Shown piece after piece: positions 57,139 through 64,000 of a stretch of DNA of 64,000 bases (its first letter is position 1; every line of letters starts with the position of its first letter). The translations under genes were made by a program, and so were the position numbers. The DNA comes from the human T2T-CHM13v2.0 reference genome, Homo sapiens. The notes under the pieces are model-generated. The model was not told the origin of the DNA and ran no database searches. It saw only the letters and a program-made list of their open reading frames with translations. Location: assembly GCF_009914755.1 (NCBI RefSeq), contig NC_060928.1; one strand, given 5' to 3'.

Positions 57139-57982
57139 CTAGAGGAAAAAATGAGAAAGAAATCTATGAAAAACACAGTATAATAGTAGAATGTATTTTG
57201 AAGTCATTTCTTCTATTACAGGAGGTATAAGTTTTAAGTTAAAATCCTTTCCCCTAAACTTCCTTCATAGCATCTAGAAATCTAAGACTAGAAACACAGC
57301 ACAGACTCCAGTGTTGATATTTGAAATTTACACACTATTTAAGTTCTAGAGCTGAGAATGCAAAGACTGACCTACACTTTGGCAATGCCTTGGTCATATT
57401 TACCAAGTCAGCATCTTTTCTTAGAGGACACTGGCAGAAACCAAAAACTGCAGCACATGAAGAAATGCCTGCAGCTCTAATAAAGGAAAGGGAAAGAAGG
57501 AAGAAAATGAGTGAAACGAGAGGCAAGAAAGAAAAAAGAGAAGGAAAGGAAGGAAACAAATGTCCTCTAAATTGGAACGCAACAAAACAGGCAGAATGAA
57601 GAAAAGAACATGCTTATGGGAAGATTTCCAAGTGCGTTTCTGTAGGGAAGATTTTAATCTGTTAACTTAAATAAATTTTCATTACATTGAAAACAGCTCT
57701 CAAAAACATTAGTTCTTATATAGGGCTTTTTTTTCTTCCAGTTTGTTCATGATTATCTAAACTGATCTGGGATTAGCAAAGGTAAACCAGGCATTAAGCC
57801 ATGCATAAGAATATTTTGATATGGAATATTATTATGATTTTTCTCCCAATGAGAAAAAAGCAAGTCAAGCTTACTATATTTAGTATTCACATAGTGAATA
57901 TATTTTTCTTTAAACATACTATGAATCAAAGTTAACTCTAAATCATTTGCTGCAACATAGCTAGAAAAATGTCTTCCTAAGT

Positions 57983-59351
57983 CAGCAGTCCTCAAACTTT
58001 TTCGTCTCAAAGTCCATTTATACTTTTTAAAAGTATTGAAGTTTGAAGTTCCCAAAAAGCTTTTGTTTATATGGGTTATATCTACTAATATTCACCTTAT
58101 TAGAAATTGGAGTTGAGAAATGTTTAAACATGTATTTATTAATTCATCTTAAAATAGCAAGAATAAATTCACTCCATGTTAACAAACACATTGTATGTAT
58201 ACACCAAAACAGAAAAAAATAGTGAGATGACATTTACATTTTTGCAAATTTATTTAATGTTTAGCTTAAAAAGAAGATAGCTAGATTCTCAAAACTGCTT
58301 TTGATTTCATCTATTTTGATAGGTTTTTGCTTTCAATAAATGAAGAAAATCCAGCCTCACTCAGATATGAGGTTGGAAAAGGAAAGAGTATTTGTAATGA
58401 TCCTTTCAGAAAATTGTGGATATTCTTCTCTGATAATATGCCAAAACTTGACAAGTGGTAATTTCTTAAGGGTTAGTTGCAATGTATAGTCTGAAATCAT
58501 ACCATGAACATTTTATACTCTGTTACATTAAAATGTGTTGGTCTATCTTACACTTTGAATAGATCTTTTGTAGCATCTTGCATTGGTCATTTTGAAAACA
58601 TTGGTTCAGTGAGTTATGCAGAATTCCCAAATGTTGACCCATTTCATTATATAATATCCCCAAAATCACATTTGTTAATAACCAACCTCACCGAAAAAAA
58701 TCTTCAACTGCTTGTAAGGTATTAAGCTCATAGTAACAGATAGAAGATTTCTAAAATGCTAATTTTCTCTTGAAAGCTTGAATTTTATCACAGGCAACAA
58801 ATACTGTCAGTTGCTTCCTTGAAGTAATACACTTACTTCATTCATTTTTGCAAACATGTCTGCTAGCCACCTGAATCTAAATAATCATAGTTCATCTCTT
58901 GTTCTTTTAAGATAAAATGGTATTTTATGAAAAAAGAGACTAGTTCAGCTCACAATTCAACTGCACAGTGCTCTTCCTCAAAACAGCCACTGAACCTTTG
59001 AATGGAGCAAAAGTGCTGTATGCATACTTTCCATTTTATCACACAGAATACTAAAGAGATGTGTACTCGAGGGTTAAGATTTAACAAACTTAATAGTTTT
59101 TAGTATTTCATCAAGGGCATTCTTAAGTGAAACAGGCATTTTTTTTCCTGCAGTGCAAATGCACAGTGGTGAAATTATAAAGATTACTATACAGTTTGGT
59201 GCTACTGCATTAAGTCATGCTAAAGCACCAACAGTTTTAGCCACCATTGCTTCTACACAATCAGTGCAAATGTCACCCAAAAAGGCAAAGAATGTCTTCT
59301 TAATATTATGACAAGAGTTTTTACTTCTGAGATTCCCTTTGAGAATTGCCA
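57983..59351. mobile_element. Charlie1a hAT DNA transposon (non-autonomous, ~1.37 kb)
   Basis: cagcagtcctcaaactttttcgtctc...cccaaaaagcttttgtttatatgggttatatct start, ...tttgagaattgcca end, degenerate 8-bp TSD tcctaagt/cccttagt. Confidence 0.88.
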
Positions 59352-59589
59352 CCCTTAGTCATTTATAACCGTTGAGCCTAAAGCAAATAAATAGATCGTA
59401 TGAGGAACAGGGCCAATGAAAAGCAAGTTGTCATTGTCCCTACTTCCCTTCTGCTGCCTTAGACAAGAGAGACCAATCAGTAGTAGACTTCCTTCTAATG
59501 GACAGAGCCAGGATGGGGAAAGAAACTTGAGATGAAATCAAGTGTTCATCTTTCACTTATTCATATCATGTTTTGAAATCCATCTAGAC

Positions 59590-59980
59590 TGTTATGAGCT
59601 CAATTATTTCCCACTAAAATTTATATGTTGAAATTCTAACCCCAGTACCTTAGAAATGTGATTGTATTTGGAGATAGAGGCTTTCGAGCTAAATAAGGTA
59701 AAACGAGGTCATATAGACAGGCCCTAATCCAATATGACTGGCATCCTTATAAGAAGAGGAGATTAAGACACAAACAATACACATACACAGAGGAAAGACC
59801 ATGTGAAGACAAAGATATCCATCTACAAGCCAAGGAGAGAGGCCTCCAGATGAAACCAACCCTGCTGACAGCTTGATCTTGGACTTCTAGTCTCTCTCAG
59901 AACTGTGAGAAAATAAATTTCTGTTATTTAAGCCACCCGACCTGTGTATTTTATTATGGAAGCCCTAGAAAACTAATACA
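59590..59980 (+). mobile_element. MLT1B MaLR LTR
   Basis: tgttatgagct...ccctaatccaatatgactggcatccttataagaagagg...aactaataca. Confidence 0.9.
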
Positions 59981-60110
59981 AATCTACTCCAAAGAAGAAG
60001 TCAAAAATCCAGAAAACGGAGGTCCAGCAAAACTAAGCCCTGAATCAAAATGGACCATTATCAACACATTCATTGTCAACCATGTAAATCCTGAGAAAGA
60101 AAGTCTGGAT

Positions 60111-60306
60111 CAATGCTTCTCAAACTCTAGAGTTCATAAAGATCAGTTAGGGGGCTGTTAACCGTTCCATTTTCCCAACTCCAACTCCAAAGATTCCAAG
60201 TAAGAAGATGTAGGTGTAGGATATCTCCCTGGAATGTGCATTTTAACCAGCACCCCAGAGAACTGAAATAGATATATGATCTACAAAGAATGATTTGAGA
60301 AATACT
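60111..60306. mobile_element. MER5A-like element
   Basis: caatgcttctcaaact...tgcattttaaccagcacccc...tttgagaaatact. Confidence 0.7.
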
Positions 60307-61702
60307 CACCTGCCAAGGACAGTGGTAACTTGGGCTAGGAGAATTGAAACAGGGTAAATGTTGGCAAATTATTCACACTAGCCCAAAAGCAGATCTACAA
60401 TAGTTCTTTAACCTCTCCAATTAAAAAAAAAAATAAGCATACAAAGTGTGTGTTTATTTATATTTTTTAGAAATTTGGCTGGGCTTCTATACCATATTAA
60501 ATTCCACAAACATCCGTGAATATGGCCTTTGTATACAACTCAAAGTCATGACAGTCAACATGACTTAAAGGAAAAGCCCTCAATTTCTATAGGGGATTAA
60601 AAGCCAATTCAATTATAAAGAAATGCCTTCTTCATTTGACATTAAATGAGCTCTTGGGTCTTGGCAGAATGGAGAGTGGGCTTAATAAAGATCATCTGTG
60701 TTGCACATTCCATGCTATGGAGTGGGTCTCCTATTTACAATCTGGAGGACTTCTAAAAATTTCTTTCATAAGTTAGGTGTTAAAGACTAGAGTTTACTTT
60801 CCCCATAGAGATAATTTTATAGGCTACACCATAAAGGCCTATTTAATCACTAATATAACTGAAATGCTATGTAATTGCAATAAAAAGCAGTAAACTACCA
60901 CACTACTGACAATTACAGCAGAAAATAATAAAAATCAATTAAGAACCTGTTTCACTTTCTCCATATATCTTGAATAATAGTGTAAAACAAAATGTATATT
61001 TAATTTGAAGAAGATGAAGACCAAGGTAGAAATTCTGGAATTCTGAAGAGGCCTTTAAAGAAATTTCAAGACATGGTATTCACAGCTAATGTGTCTGATG
61101 CCGCGCCCTTCCCTCCCAAGTGGATGGTTTTGCTTTTCTCAGTTCACGTGCATCACCAGCATTGCTCTGATCTTTAGCAGCTATGAATAGGGTCACTCAG
61201 GACTCCTAGTGGTAAGGAGCAGTAAGGGAACTAAAAAGGCTATTAGACGGCTCCCTGAGGAAGGCACACTGGCCCAGGCCAGCTCTCACCAGAGATGGAC
61301 TATTGCCTATTTTCACCTGTCCCCTAGCTTGGAAAATGCAGAAATGGGGAGAAAATGAAAAGGAAAAAAACTAGCTTTTCTCAAAAAATTGAGCAAAAAT
61401 TCAAAAAGAAAGGAAAGATAAGGCAATGAAAACTATTCTACATGAATAACTGCCTCAAAAGAAAGAAGGAAAGTCATGGAGAAGAGGTAAGTAGGTCAGA
61501 AATTTGCCTAAGTCAGACTTTAGCTGGCATTAGTGTCCAAGAACCCCAAGATTGCTCTCTGGAACTAATGAATGGCAAGAAGGAAAGGAGAGCAGAATAG
61601 CTTGGCAGTGGGGAAGGTAGAGGAGGAGTTATTATGTTGTAACTGGCACCACATATACAAGAAGCATTCACAGATAAGTTATACAGCCTGATCTGGTATA
61701 TC

Positions 61703-62180
61703 AGCCAATACAACAGCTAGTCTTAGTTGGAAAGAAAAACTTTACAGCACATTTTGAGTAACTTAGTGCATGGGCTCAGTGGGCCACCTAGTGGGGCAGC
61801 AGCTTATAATGGGTTCCACAGCTAGGGCATTGCTGCTGGGTCTCGCCTTTGTGCAGCCAAAACCAGATGACAGCACAGTTGTCCTCTTCACAGATGCAGC
61901 CCACTATACTCTTGTTGGTGATGGAGGAAACTAAATTAGGGTCTTCCTTGGTGCCTGAAGCTGCCTTTGGGGGTCATATACTGTATAGGTCCAGTCCCTT
62001 CCCTGCAACCATCATGACCTCCATCTCCAATCCAGTCGTGTGCTCATCATCAATAGGAACACCACCTCCAGATGCCATGGAGCACACCACGGCCACCCCA
62101 TTGGGACCACAGGCCCTCAGGGCCTTCGCAGCCAGTGCTCCAGCTCCACGAAGTAACCTTGAAGCCATCATGCCCGCAAC
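61703..62180 (-). pseudogene. COX5B: Processed pseudogene of cytochrome c oxidase subunit 5B (COX5B retrocopy; CDS 62168-61776 plus 3' UTR)
   Basis: Intronless. Translates [128 protein letters not shown]. Stops at 61974-61976 and 61788-61790; COX5B-like 3' UTR (ttactcaaaatgtgctgtaaagttt) follows. Confidence 0.97.
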
Positions 62181-63559
62181 TTGGGGAATGTCTGTGTAAT
62201 GTTTTATTGTAGACTTCAACATATTTAAATAAAAATAGCCTAACTAACAAGGCTAACCTTGACTCCCACATACACACACATACTCAAAAGAGGCAGGAGC
62301 AGCAGAAGAAAACCTTATAAAAGAAATCCCTGATTTCCTTCTATAATTGAATTATAACAAACTGGAATTTTGACCTTAACTTTTATAAATAAGTGTTAAT
62401 TAAAATAGTGTGTTCTCTAAAGTTACTCCAGAGTTCAAAACAGCAAGGGTTGAATGTGATTATGTTTTCCAAGGCTATTTATGAAAATGAGCGTTCTGAC
62501 ATCTAAGCCTGCAGTTGTGATTGAGTACAATGCATGCAGGATTTTAATGGAAACCAAAAGAGAATTTAAGTGGCCTCTCCCAGCAAATACGACGCATTTT
62601 CCCCACCCGTGATAGTACTCACATCGAGAAAGGGGTCCGCATTTATGATCCCTCTGCTATTTTTAGCTGAATTAGGAAATGATTCAGGTTGCTCTACCAA
62701 CATCAGAGAATTCAATTTAAACCTCAAGATGAAACAGAAAAGGGAGCGCTCTTAAATATGGGCTTTGGTCTAAGCTCCCTTAATTGAACACTGCAGGGTA
62801 ATGTAATGGGATCACTCTGTAAATGGGGTGATTAGCAACCCAATAACTCATGGAAGTAATAACCTGTTTGGAAGTGTCATCCCATGCTCAGAGACTGGCA
62901 CAAAGGACACCTCTGAGCTGATATGACATTAATAAAGTCTCCCACATCACATCCATGTGTTGCTCGTTTTTTGGAATGACACAAGAAGAAGTGGCTAAAA
63001 TGGAAAGTTCAGAAACAAGAGTGTTTGTCACTTCACAATTTGCAGGATGCTAACAATGCAGTCAAGACTGACTACACAGCATTGACAGAAGATACTCCTC
63101 TGATTTGGGAGTTGTTTTTCAATCAAATCTTCTTTAAAAGAAATCATGAAGACAGTTTAAATTCAAAAGGCCTATGACACCCCAAAATGCAATTCTTTTA
63201 GAATGTAGGACCACCACCTGCTCATCCACACTAGGGAAAGGGAAAGTATCTGACTTCCCAACAGAAATGTAAGGAGTCCTTCCTTTTAGAGGAATATCTG
63301 TACAAATGCATAGGACAAAACTCCTCTCTGGTCACTCTGGGCTGCTGTCAGGCCCTTCTAGATTCTCTTTTTCCAATTTTATTCTCTTCTCACATCTGGG
63401 GTAACTGGACAGCTGTGGGCCCAATCCTGTCTGTGGGGGATGAGTGGAGAGTTATAATCCAGGGGGCCATGGTGGGTCAGCATCAGTTGCTGCCAGACAT
63501 CTGTTGTTATTGTTTGCCCTGCATCCATCCCCTTCTTTCTGGTAATAGCACTGTATCAC

Positions 63560-63900
63560 TGCAGTAGTCAAGAACTCAGCAGGAAACACGTGGCTCTCTG
63601 GAGAGAGTTTAATCAAGCATAGTTGTACAGAGGTGCAGACAGGCTTAATGAAACCAATAAGAGATGGGGAGGCACCCCAGGCTAACAATAGTAGGAAGTG
63701 ATTATCATCGCTAACCCCACACAGGCAATCTCTGAGAGAGCTTTAGCCACAGGAGAAAGTACTGCAGGGGCACAGTGGCTGCCAGCATGCAGCCCAGCAG
63801 GCGTGAAGCTGTAGGATTCTCTCCTGTCACCCTCCTATCACTTGCTGCCAGTGCCCATTGGCCAAACCAAAGTGGAAGGCAGAGGACAAGGGAGTTACGG
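63560..63900 (-). mobile_element. LTR33-like ERVL LTR fragment
   Basis: cagcaggaaac...gagagtttaatc...gaaaccaataagagatgg...gtgcccattggccaaacc. Confidence 0.6.
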
Positions 63901-64000
63901 TCTGTAGTTCATCTATTAATGGACACTTGTGTTGCTTCCAAAACCTACTGTTCTTAACCACCACAGTTAACTCATCTCCCAGATGCCTTTCTGCCTGCTG

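Noticed and set aside
61849-62199. 116-aa + strand ORF
   Set aside because: Antisense shadow of the COX5B pseudogene.
61974-62222. 82-aa ORF as a functional COX5B gene
   Set aside because: Intronless and truncated by TGA before the zinc-binding cysteines; the upstream in-frame extension is flanking DNA.

Overview
Primate (very probably human) AT-rich, repeat-dense intronic or intergenic DNA. I found no intact protein-coding gene; the listed ORFs are repeat remnants or chance ORFs. The one gene-derived feature is a processed COX5B pseudogene on the minus strand (CDS 61776-62168, frame preserved, two nonsense codons). Much of the window is transposable elements: L1MA, L1ME, L1PA/PB, L1MC and HAL1 LINEs; Alu and MIR SINEs; L2 and L3; LTRs (MER9, MER52, MLT1, MST, LTR16, LTR33, LTR41); and hAT DNA elements (Charlie1a, MER63A, MER45A, MER5, MER102). 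The most notable items are a five-level nested TE stack at 10.5-15.4 kb, a clean 48-nt candidate minus-strand exon (57091-57138), a strong + strand bias of L1s suggesting a minus-strand host transcript, an apparently ancestral-type COX5B retrocopy carrying a CTCF-like motif, an AP-1/STAT/ETS palindrome, a triple octamer cluster and several local duplications. I do not see evidence of a novel biological system. Family names come from recalled consensus sequences, not from a search, and boundaries of old repeats are approximate.
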